NCBI GenBank assembly: GCA_963665295.1 | Contig: OY762209.1 | Coordinates: forward strand, 160,001 to 224,000 | Length of the DNA: 64,000 nucleotides | Source of the DNA: Syntrophorhabdaceae bacterium | Lineage (GTDB): Bacteria; Desulfobacterota; Syntrophorhabdia; Syntrophorhabdales; Syntrophorhabdaceae | Direction: 5' to 3' | Part shown: piece by piece, positions 20,020 to 28,927 of the stretch | How positions within the stretch are numbered: position 1 is the stretch's first letter | How the letters are laid out: each line of letters opens with the position of its first letter | Position numbers and translations under genes: made by a program | Notes under the pieces: generated by a model | Seen by the model: the letters and a program-made list of their open reading frames with translations, nothing else | The model's database searches: none | Told to the model about the DNA's origin: nothing

Positions 20020-21417
20020 GTGTCCCTCCAAAGGCGCCTTAACCTCTTTGACGCCACGTTGCTCGTAGTGGGCAACGTGGCGGGGGCAGGCATCTTTACC
20101 ACCTCCGGTTTCCTCGCCCGGGAACTCCCCCACCCGTGGCTTTTTGTCGGCATATGGGTTATCGGCGGGGTTCTCACCCTTTGCGGGGCCCTTACTTATG
20201 CGGAGATGTCGGGCATGTTCCCCCGTTCCGGAGGCGACTACCTCTTCCTGAAAGAGTCCTACGGGTCGTGGGCAGGCTTTCTCCTGGGCTGGGTCTCATT
20301 CTGGATAATCAATCCCGGCTCCATCGCCGTCCTCTCCATTTCCATCGTGAAGTACCTGACCGGATTTTTCCCCTTCACGGGGGGGTCCGTGGAAAAGCTT
20401 CTCGCCGTGGGCATAATCGGGCTCTTCTCCCTTCTTCATTGCCAGGGGGTCAGACCGACGGGGACGGCCCAGAACTTCTGGACCCTGGCCGGTCTCACCC
20501 TCCTCCTGGTCTTTATCGTGGGCGGGTTCACATCCCCGAAAGGCAACTGGGGACACTTTGCCGCTGACGGCCCTATCCCTCTGTCTCCGGCAAAGGACTT
20601 CGGGCCTGCCATGATAGCCGTGATCTTCGCCTACAGCGGCTGGTTCGTAAGCGCCTACGTGGGAGACGAGATAAAGCGGCCCGAACGAAACCTTCCCCTG
20701 TCTTTTCTCCTGGGGACCCTCATCGTCATGGTTCTTTACGTACTCGTCAACGTGGTCTATGTCTACGCCATGCCGGTCCGGGAACTGGAAGGCGTTATCG
20801 ACGCGGGACAGGCGGCGGCAAAGCGCCTTCTCAGCCCCGCGGCCGCCCATGTAGTGAGCGGCGCCGTAGTCCTCGTCATAGCGGCGAGCATCAACGCAAC
20901 CATGCTCGCCGGCGCCCGCCTCTCCTATGCCATGGCTCGGGACGAACTCCTCTGGTCGCCCCTGAGGATTCTCCATCCGGTAAAGGGGACTCCCCACGTG
21001 GCCATTGTGGCCCAGGCGGGAATCGCATCGCTCTTTGTCATAGCCGGGACCTTTGAAGGCCTGCTGAGTTCCGTGGTCTTCGTCATGCTCCTCTCCTCCA
21101 TCGGATCCGGAGCGGCTCACATGCTCCTCCGGCGGCGCTCACCCCTTGCGCCAAGGCCCTATCGAACCTGGGGGTATCCCTGGGTCCCCCTCGTTTTCAC
21201 CCTTTCCTACATGTGGATCGCGGGGAGCATCGTCATTTCCAACCCGGCAAGATCGCTTCTCGGTCTTCTCGTTACCGCGTCGGGCATTCCCTTCTACCTC
21301 TATGCGGTCCGCCGGAGAGGGTACAAGGGGGAAACCCTTTCCTGCATAAAGACGAAGGCGAACAGGCCTGTCCGCGAAGGACTCCGGGAGGTCGATCACA
21401 TCGAGAGAATCTCCTGA
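20020..21417 (+). CDS. APC-family amino acid permease
   Basis: GAGIF, YAEMSGMFPRSGGDY, FAYSGW, RPYRTWGYP; polytopic. Confidence 0.92.
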   Translation: MSLQRRLNLFDATLLVVGNVAGAGIFTTSGFLARELPHPWLFVGIWVIGGVLTLCGALTYAEMSGMFPRSGGDYLFLKESYGSWAGFLLGWVSFWIINPGSIAVLSISIVKYLTGFFPFTGGSVEKLLAVGIIGLFSLLHCQGVRPTGTAQNFWTLAGLTLLLVFIVGGFTSPKGNWGHFAADGPIPLSPAKDFGPAMIAVIFAYSGWFVSAYVGDEIKRPERNLPLSFLLGTLIVMVLYVLVNVVYVYAMPVRELEGVIDAGQAAAKRLLSPAAAHVVSGAVVLVIAASINATMLAGARLSYAMARDELLWSPLRILHPVKGTPHVAIVAQAGIASLFVIAGTFEGLLSSVVFVMLLSSIGSGAAHMLLRRRSPLAPRPYRTWGYPWVPLVFTLSYMWIAGSIVISNPARSLLGLLVTASGIPFYLYAVRRRGYKGETLSCIKTKANRPVREGLREVDHIERIS

Positions 21418-21512
21418 TCCGTGGGGACCCACGGACCGGGGGGACGACAGACATAGACACGGCGAAATCGCCTGTCGGCTGCAAACCAAAATCCAACGAG
21501 GAGGAGTACCGC

Positions 21513-21722
21513 ATGAAGATCAGTGCACGTAACATGTTAAAGGGAAAAGTCAAAAGCATCAACCCCGGAGCGGTCAACACGGAGGTGGTCATAGAGTTGG
21601 CAGGCGGCGCTGAAGTCGTCTCCATCATCACCAAGGCCTCGGCGGAGGCCCTCGGGCTCGCGGACGGCAAGGAAGTGTACGCAGTCGTCAAAGCCTCGAA
21701 CGTAATGGTTGCGGTGGATTAG
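21513..21722 (+). CDS. mop: Molybdate-binding TOBE protein (Mop/molbindin)
   Basis: MKISARNMLKGKV...SIIT...L...VKASNV; RBS GAGGAG. Confidence 0.92.
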   Translation: MKISARNMLKGKVKSINPGAVNTEVVIELAGGAEVVSIITKASAEALGLADGKEVYAVVKASNVMVAVD

Positions 21723-21728
21723 GTTTTC

Positions 21729-21765
21729 CCCTACGTGGCCGTCGGCTTCCGGCGGCCGCGTAGGG
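21729..21765 (+). other. Strong intercistronic stem-loop between mop and modA
   Basis: CCCTACGTGGCCGTCGG-ctt-CCGGCGGCCGCGTAGGG with G:U pairs and no T tail. Confidence 0.55.
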
Positions 21766-21811
21766 CGGGCCTGATAAAAATGTGGTTATCAACGATACTA
21801 GGGAGGGAAAG

Positions 21812-22564
21812 ATGAGTAAATTTTTGTGTCGCCTGTTTTGCTCTTTGCTTATGGTCATATTGTTCGCGTGCGGCGCCATGGCTGCCGAGGTACGCCTCGC
21901 GGTGGCCGCGAGTCTCAGAGAGGTAGTGGTCCAGCTTTCGGACGCCTTTGCGAAGAAGAATCCCGGCGTAACCTTTCAGAGCAGCTTCGGCGCCTCGGGC
22001 GCACTGGCCCGGCAGATCGAGAACGGTGCCCCGTGCGATGTCTTCTTCTCCGCCAACGTAGAGTGGGTGGATTACCTGAAGGGGAAGAAACTGGTCGATC
22101 CGCGCCATGTCTCCATCTTCGCCTACAATGAGCTTGTCTTCGTGGGCAGGCCGGACCTCAAGGCGACGGGCCTCAAAGACCTGCCGGGCCTCGACAAGAT
22201 CGCCATGGGCAGTCCGAAGAGTGTCCCCGCCGGACAGTACGCCGAGGAGGCCGTGAGGAAAGCCGGTCTCACGAAGCAACTGGAAAAGAAGCTCGTCATG
22301 GCGCGGGATGTGCGGGAATGCCTCATGTACGCGGAAAGAGGTGAAGTGGACGGCTCCTTTGTGTACAAGACCGATGCGGAGCAGATGGCAAAGAACGTCA
22401 AAATCCTTTTTGTCGTGCCGCAGGACCTCTATCCCAGGGTAACCTATCCCATGGCCCTCACCGTAACGGGAAGCAGGAAGCCTGAAGCCGAGGCGTTTTA
22501 TCGGTTCCTCCAGTCGGCTGAAGCGAAGACGACCCTCGCCGGGCGTGGCTTCATCATAAAATAG
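21812..22564 (+). CDS. modA: Molybdate ABC substrate-binding protein
   Basis: AASL, GASGALARQIENGAP, SAN, VPAGQYA, VYKTDA. Confidence 0.95.
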   Translation: MSKFLCRLFCSLLMVILFACGAMAAEVRLAVAASLREVVVQLSDAFAKKNPGVTFQSSFGASGALARQIENGAPCDVFFSANVEWVDYLKGKKLVDPRHVSIFAYNELVFVGRPDLKATGLKDLPGLDKIAMGSPKSVPAGQYAEEAVRKAGLTKQLEKKLVMARDVRECLMYAERGEVDGSFVYKTDAEQMAKNVKILFVVPQDLYPRVTYPMALTVTGSRKPEAEAFYRFLQSAEAKTTLAGRGFIIK

Positions 22565-22577
22565 GCTGAATTCGGGT

Positions 22578-23264
22578 ATGCTCGCCTTTACCCCGGCCGA
22601 TTATTCGGCGGTCCTCCTGTCCCTCAAGATCGCGGTGACCGCCACCCTGATCTCACTGCCTTTCGGCTTTGCCGTGGCCTATCTCATGACATACGGCCGG
22701 TTCAGGGGAAAAGTGGCACTCGACGTATTCGTCAATCTTCCCCTCACCTTGCCGCCCGTGGTAATCGGCTACCTCCTGCTCCTCCTTCTCGGTAAGAGGG
22801 GATGGCTCGGCAGAACGCTCCTTCAGCCCCTGGGCGTCAACCTTATCTTCACGTGGAAGGCAGCGGTCATGGCCACGGCGGTCGTGGGCTTCCCCCTCAT
22901 GGTGAGGTCCATCCGTACCGGCATGGAAACCATAGACGAGCGCCTTATCCAGGCGTCCCGCACCCTTGGCGCCGGGTGGTTCGATACCATCCTCACGGTG
23001 ATCGTGCCCCTTTCGGTGCGCGGGCTCATCGCGGGCTCGGTCCTCATGTTCGCCCGGGGCCTCGGGGAATTCGGGGCCACTATCATCGTGGCGGGCAACA
23101 TTCCCGGCGTGACCCAGACGATCCCCCTGGCCATCTATGAATATGTAAGCTCGCCCCGGGGAGACGTGATGGCCCTCGCCCTCTGTCTCGTATCCATCTC
23201 CATCTCCGTAGCGGTCCTCGTGTTCCACGAGTGGCTCGGCAGGCGCATAGTAAGGACGGACTGA
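22578..23264 (+). CDS. modB: Molybdate ABC permease
   Basis: LPLTLPPVVIG, FARGLGEFGAT, NIPGVTQTIP. Confidence 0.95.
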   Translation: MLAFTPADYSAVLLSLKIAVTATLISLPFGFAVAYLMTYGRFRGKVALDVFVNLPLTLPPVVIGYLLLLLLGKRGWLGRTLLQPLGVNLIFTWKAAVMATAVVGFPLMVRSIRTGMETIDERLIQASRTLGAGWFDTILTVIVPLSVRGLIAGSVLMFARGLGEFGATIIVAGNIPGVTQTIPLAIYEYVSSPRGDVMALALCLVSISISVAVLVFHEWLGRRIVRTD

Positions 23265-23265
23265 C

Positions 23266-24321
23266 ATGGAATTGACCGTAACCCTGCAAAAGGTCTTCGG
23301 CACCTTTTCCCTTGACGTCGATTTCGTTGTCCGGGGCGAACGTATCGGTATTTTCGGTCCTTCGGGAAGCGGCAAATCGACGCTGGTGAGCCTCATTGCG
23401 GGGCTCAATCATCCGGACCGCGGCCGTATCCTCCTTGACGGAGAGCCTGTCTTCGACAAAGCGGCACGGATCGATATCCCCACGGACCTGAGGCGGATCG
23501 GCATGGTCTTCCAACGTCCTCACCTTTTCCCCCACCTGAGTGTCAGGGGAAATCTCCTTTATGGCTTCAAGCGCTCGAATCGTGCCCATCGCAAGATTAC
23601 ACTGAATGACCTCGTGGAGGTCCTCCAGATAGGCCATCTCCTGGACCGGGGGGTGAAGAACCTTTCCGGCGGCGAGAAACAACGGGTGGCAATCGGTAGG
23701 GCCGTCCTTTCGAACCCGCGCCTCCTTCTCATGGACGAGCCCCTGTCGGCCCTGGACGACACGCTCAAGTTCCAGATTATCCCCTTCCTCACCCACACCT
23801 GCGAGGCCTTCCATATCCCTTATCTCTTCATCTCTCACTCCTTGACCGAAATGAGGATCATGGCGGACCGGGTGCTTCTCATGGACGGGGGCCGCATGGC
23901 AGGACAGATGGGCGCTGAAGAGCTGGCCCGCGCTTCGGCGGGGGAACGCACCCGGCCTTACACGAACCTTCTCCGCCTGAGAGCGCCGCGCCGTGTCGAT
24001 GGCCTCCATGCATATAAGTGGGGGGACCGGGAACTTCTCATTTCAGGAGGCGACGACAATCCCGAAGCTCTCTTCGAGCTTCCCTCCACGGATATCATTA
24101 TCTTCAAACGTCACCCGGAGGCCATCAGCGCGCGAAACCTCCTCAAATGCCGCGTCGCCGGCACCTTCGAAACAAACGGCAGAATTGCCCTGGAACTGGA
24201 ATGCGGGACAGAGCACCTCGTAGCCCTCGTGGTAAAGGAGGCAGTCCGGGAACTTGCCATCACAAAAGGCATCAAGGTCTATGCCGCCATAAAGGCCACG
24301 GCCTTTCGACAACTGGGCTGA
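23266..24321 (+). CDS. modC: Molybdate ABC ATPase with C-terminal TOBE
   Basis: GPSGSGKST, LFPHLSV, LSGGEKQR, ISARN...IKA. Confidence 0.95.
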   Translation: MELTVTLQKVFGTFSLDVDFVVRGERIGIFGPSGSGKSTLVSLIAGLNHPDRGRILLDGEPVFDKAARIDIPTDLRRIGMVFQRPHLFPHLSVRGNLLYGFKRSNRAHRKITLNDLVEVLQIGHLLDRGVKNLSGGEKQRVAIGRAVLSNPRLLLMDEPLSALDDTLKFQIIPFLTHTCEAFHIPYLFISHSLTEMRIMADRVLLMDGGRMAGQMGAEELARASAGERTRPYTNLLRLRAPRRVDGLHAYKWGDRELLISGGDDNPEALFELPSTDIIIFKRHPEAISARNLLKCRVAGTFETNGRIALELECGTEHLVALVVKEAVRELAITKGIKVYAAIKATAFRQLG

Positions 24322-24349
24322 GTCCGGCCGGCCGTCCCGGGCCGGACTC
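24320..24349 (+). terminator. Stem-loop after modC (possible terminator)
   Basis: GAGTCCGGCC...GGCCGGACTC inverted repeat; no clear U tract. Confidence 0.45.
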
Positions 24350-24359
24350 CAGAAAATGC

Positions 24360-24425
24360 TTGACGTTTCGTTATGGCTGATGTTATATAACGAATGCAGA
24401 TCGCTATATACCGGATAATATAACC
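24360..24425 (+). promoter_or_regulatory. Promoter of exbBD-radical SAM unit with two tandem ModE-type boxes
   Basis: TTGACG 24360; CGTTATGGC-N6-TATATAACG (24369-24392) and CGCTATATA-N6-AATATAACC (24402-24425). Confidence 0.75.
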
Positions 24426-24460
24426 ATGCACGTCTTTTATACGGGTCCGGTTGAGGGAGG

Positions 24461-24901
24461 TTGGTTATGGAATGGCTTCATAGCGCCATCGATTACGGCG
24501 TCATCGGGGTGCTCATCATAATGAGCATATTGGCAGTTTCCGTTGCAATAGAAAGGAAGCTTTTCTACCGGAAGATTCGGATTTCCGCGTTTCACGACAA
24601 GAAGGAACTCGAACTGGAGCTCATGCGGAGGTTGCACGTCATCTCCACCGTGGGGAGTAATGCGCCTTATATCGGGCTTCTCGGGACGGTCCTCGGCATC
24701 ATGCTTACCTTCTCGACCATCGGGACCAGGGGGCTTGTGGACACGGGCCATATCATGTCGGGCCTCGCCCTGGCTCTCAAAGCAACGGCCGTGGGTCTCC
24801 TGGTGGCCATACCATCGATTGTATTGTACAACTTCCTCCTCAAGTCGGCGAGGGAGTTGATCCTGCAGTGGGAGATAGAGCATGGAAGAAAAGGGCTTTG
24901 A
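24461..24901 (+). CDS. exbB: ExbB (short form)
   Basis: SNAPYIGLLGTVLGIM, LALKATAVGLLVAIP. Confidence 0.92.
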   Translation: MVMEWLHSAIDYGVIGVLIIMSILAVSVAIERKLFYRKIRISAFHDKKELELELMRRLHVISTVGSNAPYIGLLGTVLGIMLTFSTIGTRGLVDTGHIMSGLALALKATAVGLLVAIPSIVLYNFLLKSARELILQWEIEHGRKGL

Positions 24902-25262
24902 CTACATGAACGTCGTTCCCCTTGTCGATGTCATGATGGTCCTTCTCGCCATCGTGCTCATGACGTCCACCTTTGTGGCAAGCGGTGCCATCCCCGTGCA
25001 ATTACCTAAGGCGGCGGATAAGCAAAACGCGGCCCTCAAGGCCGCCACAATAACGATCGACAAGAAGGGGGCGGTCTACTTCGAAGCCGCTCCCGTTACC
25101 CTCCGGGGCCTTCAGGAGAGACTCGCCGTATTGGGGCCGGACACCCCTGTCCAGGTAAGGGCGGACCGTTCCATCGCTCTTCAGGAATGCGTGGATGTCC
25201 TCGACCTCCTTTCCGCCAACGGCTTCAAAAAGGTCAGCCTCCAGACGGAACGGAGCTCCTGA
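24882..25262 (+). CDS. exbD: ExbD
   Basis: MNVVPLVDVMMVLL, VQLPKA, RAD. Confidence 0.92.
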   Translation: MEEKGFDYMNVVPLVDVMMVLLAIVLMTSTFVASGAIPVQLPKAADKQNAALKAATITIDKKGAVYFEAAPVTLRGLQERLAVLGPDTPVQVRADRSIALQECVDVLDLLSANGFKKVSLQTERSS

Positions 25263-25396
25263 TATGGGCAAGGCTCGCCACCTTCGCCGGAAGGAATTAC
25301 CTTATTATTGTTATCCCTGTGGGCGAACAGGTGTGGAGGGCGCCGATTCAGCCGGCCGGCCCCTATGACGACGACTGAGAAGGAGGAAACATATTC

Positions 25397-26404
25397 ATGC
25401 GTTGTAATTATTGTGAATGGCGGTGTGAGTTGGGCGGAGGGAAGCTCGGCGTGTGCCGCATGTACCACGAACAGGACGGGGCGGTAACGGAGCGTTTCCC
25501 CTCCCAGTGGTGTTCCTACGGCACGTCGAGAATAGAGTCCGTCCCTTTCTACCACGTATATCCCGGAAGCAGGACCATGATCCTCGGCACCAGCAGTTGT
25601 AACTTCAAATGCAAGTACTGCTCCAATGCCTTCATCGCCAAAGCGGACCCCGCTTCGGTCCAGGACAGGATGTTCGACCTCACGCCCCGCGAGATCGTCG
25701 CCATGGCGCGAAAACTCCGGTGCCACAACATAGTCTTCAACATCAACGAACCCACGGTCTCCCTGCCTACCCTCCTTGAGGTGGCGCGGGAGGCGCGGGA
25801 GGCGGGAATCCCCATGGGCTGTTTGACCAACGCATACACCACGGAAGAATCGACGGACATCCTCGAATCCATCTTCTCCTTCTTCAATATCGGACTCAAG
25901 GGCCTTTCCACGGATTTCAACCGTGACTATATCGGCATCCCCTCTTCCGCCCCCATATTGCGCAACATCGCGAGGCTCGCCCGGACGCGCCATGTCGAGG
26001 TGACCACGCCTGTAATCCAGTCCGTGAACGATCACGAGTTGGACGAAATCGCCGACTTCCTCTCGGGCATAGACCGGCAGATCCCCTGGCACGTTTTTCG
26101 CCTCCTTCCCGAAGACGAGATGAAGGACGCGGGATACCCGAACATCGAGGTGATAAACCAAGCCCTTACTCTGGCGAGAACGAAACTCCCCTCTCTCTAT
26201 TTCCATAATTTCGTGGGCTCCGACTGGGTAAACACCCTGTGTCAGGGATGCGGGGCAGTCGTCATCGAGCGTTTCAGCCTCGGATGCGGGGGCGACAAAC
26301 TCCACCGGTTCCTGTGCGAAGGGAATCGTTGCCCCCAATGCGGCCGGGAAGTGAAGCTCCTCGGCACCAGGACGGAATGGACAAGAGAGGAGGCGGCCAT
26401 ATGA
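25397..26404 (+). CDS. Radical SAM protein (AmmeMemoRadiSam/PFL-activase-like)
   Basis: N-terminal CNYCEWRC..GVC, CNFKCKYCSN, NEPT, C-terminal CQGCG and CPQCG. Confidence 0.88.
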   Translation: MRCNYCEWRCELGGGKLGVCRMYHEQDGAVTERFPSQWCSYGTSRIESVPFYHVYPGSRTMILGTSSCNFKCKYCSNAFIAKADPASVQDRMFDLTPREIVAMARKLRCHNIVFNINEPTVSLPTLLEVAREAREAGIPMGCLTNAYTTEESTDILESIFSFFNIGLKGLSTDFNRDYIGIPSSAPILRNIARLARTRHVEVTTPVIQSVNDHELDEIADFLSGIDRQIPWHVFRLLPEDEMKDAGYPNIEVINQALTLARTKLPSLYFHNFVGSDWVNTLCQGCGAVVIERFSLGCGGDKLHRFLCEGNRCPQCGREVKLLGTRTEWTREEAAI

Positions 26405-27540
26405 GTCTCGCCATTATTGACGCAAGGGAATGGCAGAAAACATTCGATCTCAGGACCGGTGAAAAGAGGGAGGCCCAAGGCCCCGTGGTCGACATGGTGC
26501 GGGACGTGTTACGGAGGCACCCCTACCCGGGCGACATGGAGGCAGGGGCAAACCGATGGGTCACCGACACCGCCCTGGATCTGATCGGGAAATACCGTCC
26601 CCAATTCGCCTTCCTCATCTATGCCTGGCAGTATTTCGTCAGCCGCTACTCACCCATGAGCGTTGAGGAACGGGCCGATATGGTTTCCATTGTATTTCAG
26701 GAGGTGAACCGTTTCCTCAGCCTCTCCGGGTTTGACTACGTGCTCGTGGGCACCGGGGACATGACGCCTCTCAACGGCTTTATCGACTTGAGCAGGCTCG
26801 ACGGCCTCGCGGTCTCCTCCCACTGGTCCGCCCGGTACGCCGGTCTCTTCAGCCCGAGCGCCTCCGACCTCGCCCATCTCGAAGCCCATCCCCACGTGGA
26901 ACGGGTCGTTGAAAGGGACGAGTTCATGGACCTGTTCAACGGCTCCTCTCAAGACGCGGCGCGGACGCCGGAATATCTCATACTGGCGAAGGAGGGTTAC
27001 ACCTTCAAAAGCGCGGGAGTAACCATGCGAAGGGCTGTCATGATCCCCGCGGCGAGCTTCCTCATCCCCGTATCGACCACCCTGGCGACCGTCCACTCCG
27101 TCACCGGCATAAGGCCGCTTATCGAGGGGCGGCTCAAGGAGCGTAAGATCGCTCTCATCATGGTGGAAGGTATCGGCACCGAGGGATTTCTCCTGCCCTC
27201 AACCCCCTGCGAAAACGGAAAGGGATGGTTCTATTACGAACCGGGAGACGGCCAGTGCCTCACCGCCGCCGCCGGAGAACACCGGGTCTTCGACTACCCC
27301 ACGGGTTACAAATACTTCGACGAGGACGGGCCTGAAAAGGAGTACCCCTTTTCAGGATATTTCAGTTCCATCCCGGAAGGCACGGTGGGCAGGGCTTTTC
27401 CGGAGCGGAGCATCGCGGTAGGCAACAAGAGCATGTTCATGCACATGGTGGCAGGGGCGGACCTCTCCGTCGAGTGCTTCGCAAGGAACCTCTACAACCA
27501 GGGCACCATGGCGGTCATCCACCGTGAGGACAAGCCTTAA
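26401..27540 (+). CDS. Hypothetical protein, possibly alkaline-phosphatase/phosphodiesterase-like fold
   Basis: ATGA-coupled to the radical SAM gene; weak resemblance (DTALDLIGKYRPQFAFL, VLVGTGDM, ILAKEGY) only. Confidence 0.6.
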   Translation: MSLAIIDAREWQKTFDLRTGEKREAQGPVVDMVRDVLRRHPYPGDMEAGANRWVTDTALDLIGKYRPQFAFLIYAWQYFVSRYSPMSVEERADMVSIVFQEVNRFLSLSGFDYVLVGTGDMTPLNGFIDLSRLDGLAVSSHWSARYAGLFSPSASDLAHLEAHPHVERVVERDEFMDLFNGSSQDAARTPEYLILAKEGYTFKSAGVTMRRAVMIPAASFLIPVSTTLATVHSVTGIRPLIEGRLKERKIALIMVEGIGTEGFLLPSTPCENGKGWFYYEPGDGQCLTAAAGEHRVFDYPTGYKYFDEDGPEKEYPFSGYFSSIPEGTVGRAFPERSIAVGNKSMFMHMVAGADLSVECFARNLYNQGTMAVIHREDKP

Positions 27541-27615
27541 GTCCGGGGGCTGAACCCGGGTAAGCAATTCCCGCCAAAGGTCAAAGGACAAGAACGCCTC
27601 GGGAGGGTGTTTCTT

Positions 27616-27698
27616 CAGATGCCCGCCGACCGCTCGCGATTATGGGCTCTTTTACAGCCCATATGTCCTGTGTCAAGGGTTGACCCCTATGTTCTTTC
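27616..27698 (+). repeat. Left copy of ~83-bp direct repeat
   Basis: CAGATGCCCG...GACCGCTCGCGAT...GGGCTCTTT.ACAGCCC.TATGTCCT..GTCAAGGG.TGACCCCTATGTTCTTTC, matching 32927-33010. Confidence 0.9.
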
Positions 27699-27756
27699 TT
27701 GGGCTCTTTTACAGCCCATATGTCCTGTGTCAAGGGTTGACCCCTATGTTCTTTCT
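27643..27756 (+). repeat. Perfect 57-bp tandem duplication
   Basis: TGGGCTCTTTTACAGCCC...CCCCTATGTTCTTTCT at 27643 and 27700. Confidence 0.93.
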
Positions 27757-27929
27757 TGGAAAAACTCTATACTATCAAGGGAGTAGCTGAAATGTTGAGG
27801 GTATCAAAGGTGACGCTATACCGTATGATGAAAGACGGAAAAATAAAGACGGTGAAATTGGGGAGAAAGACTCTTTTTGCAGAGGAGGAGCTTAACCGCT
27901 TCATTGAATCCCTGAAAAAGGGAGAATAG
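27756..27929 (+). CDS. Excisionase-like HTH_17 protein (57 aa), start abutting the repeat
   Basis: Below the ORF-track cutoff; manual translation (L)EKLYTIKGVAEMLRVSKVTLYRMMKDGKIKTVKLGRKTLF... Confidence 0.8.
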   Translation: MEKLYTIKGVAEMLRVSKVTLYRMMKDGKIKTVKLGRKTLFAEEELNRFIESLKKGE

Positions 27930-28103
27930 ATAGGGGGCGTTACAGGCGAACCCCGAAAGTCACCGCCAAAGACTGTGAGCATTCTAAGCCGTTACCCTCC
28001 CCGTGAAGATGTTGTGGAGGATATATGACGTTATATGATAGGATAATATTCATTTTGCTCCGACTTATAGTTCAATTGAATTTTTGTCTGTGAGGGGCTT
28101 ACT

Positions 28104-28688
28104 ATGGTTTCGGCCAAAGAGGTTTTGGAATTATACCTGCATGTCGATAGCCAGGTTAAGGCACTACTTAAGATAGAACAAACTTGGAGGAAATGTCATC
28201 CTTGTAAGAACGGGGGAAACTGTTGCATAGATTCTGAGTCATTTGCCTTGCCTTCTGAATGGGCAATTATCCAAAATATGCTGGCAAAATTACATTCCGA
28301 AGAATTACATCTTCTTCAAGCCAGAACCCGACAAAAAGACAATTGTGTTTTCAGGGCTGACGATCGATGCATCATACATGATGTCCGTCCATTGGTCTGC
28401 CGAGTTACTCCTTATTTTGTTTTCGAACAAAACGGTAAGTTGTGCTTTCAATATCCAAATGGATCTTGCCGCCGACAGGAGGGATATGTCGCCTATTTGC
28501 CAACACACAATACCGACTTAAGGAAGAGATTCTTTAGTGTCGGATTAATCAATTTGAAAAATAAGATATATTACCTGAACGGGCTCAAATTACATGACCA
28601 TCCCGTTTTTGCGTTACTTCAACAGGAGCCCCTCCGATCGCTGTTAGAATGGTCGACTGAATATTTTGACGGTGTTAATCCACTATAG
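28104..28688 (+). CDS. YkgJ-family cysteine-cluster protein
   Basis: CHPCKNGGNCC, CVF, CIIHDVRPLVCRVTP; AT-rich. Confidence 0.85.
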   Translation: MVSAKEVLELYLHVDSQVKALLKIEQTWRKCHPCKNGGNCCIDSESFALPSEWAIIQNMLAKLHSEELHLLQARTRQKDNCVFRADDRCIIHDVRPLVCRVTPYFVFEQNGKLCFQYPNGSCRRQEGYVAYLPTHNTDLRKRFFSVGLINLKNKIYYLNGLKLHDHPVFALLQQEPLRSLLEWSTEYFDGVNPL

Positions 28689-28927
28689 GGACGTCCTTCG
28701 GTATTTTAGCTTTAAAGACTAACAATTTCCCTACTGCCTCCCAAAACAGGACCGGCCCTGCCTTTCCGTTGCCACCCGTATTCTTGTCAAAGCTAAAGGA
28801 ACTATAAGATAATCTAGAACCCCTCAGAGAATCTTATTGACAATCACAGGACATGACGGCAAAATAGAAAACAACTCACGCGAGAAAGAGTTTTATTCAT
28901 TATGGTATAAAAGTTGTCGGAGATAAT

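Noticed and set aside
28029..28052. Additional ModE box (CGTTATATG...)
   Set aside because: Only a half-site; no matching right arm or adjacent TTGAC.
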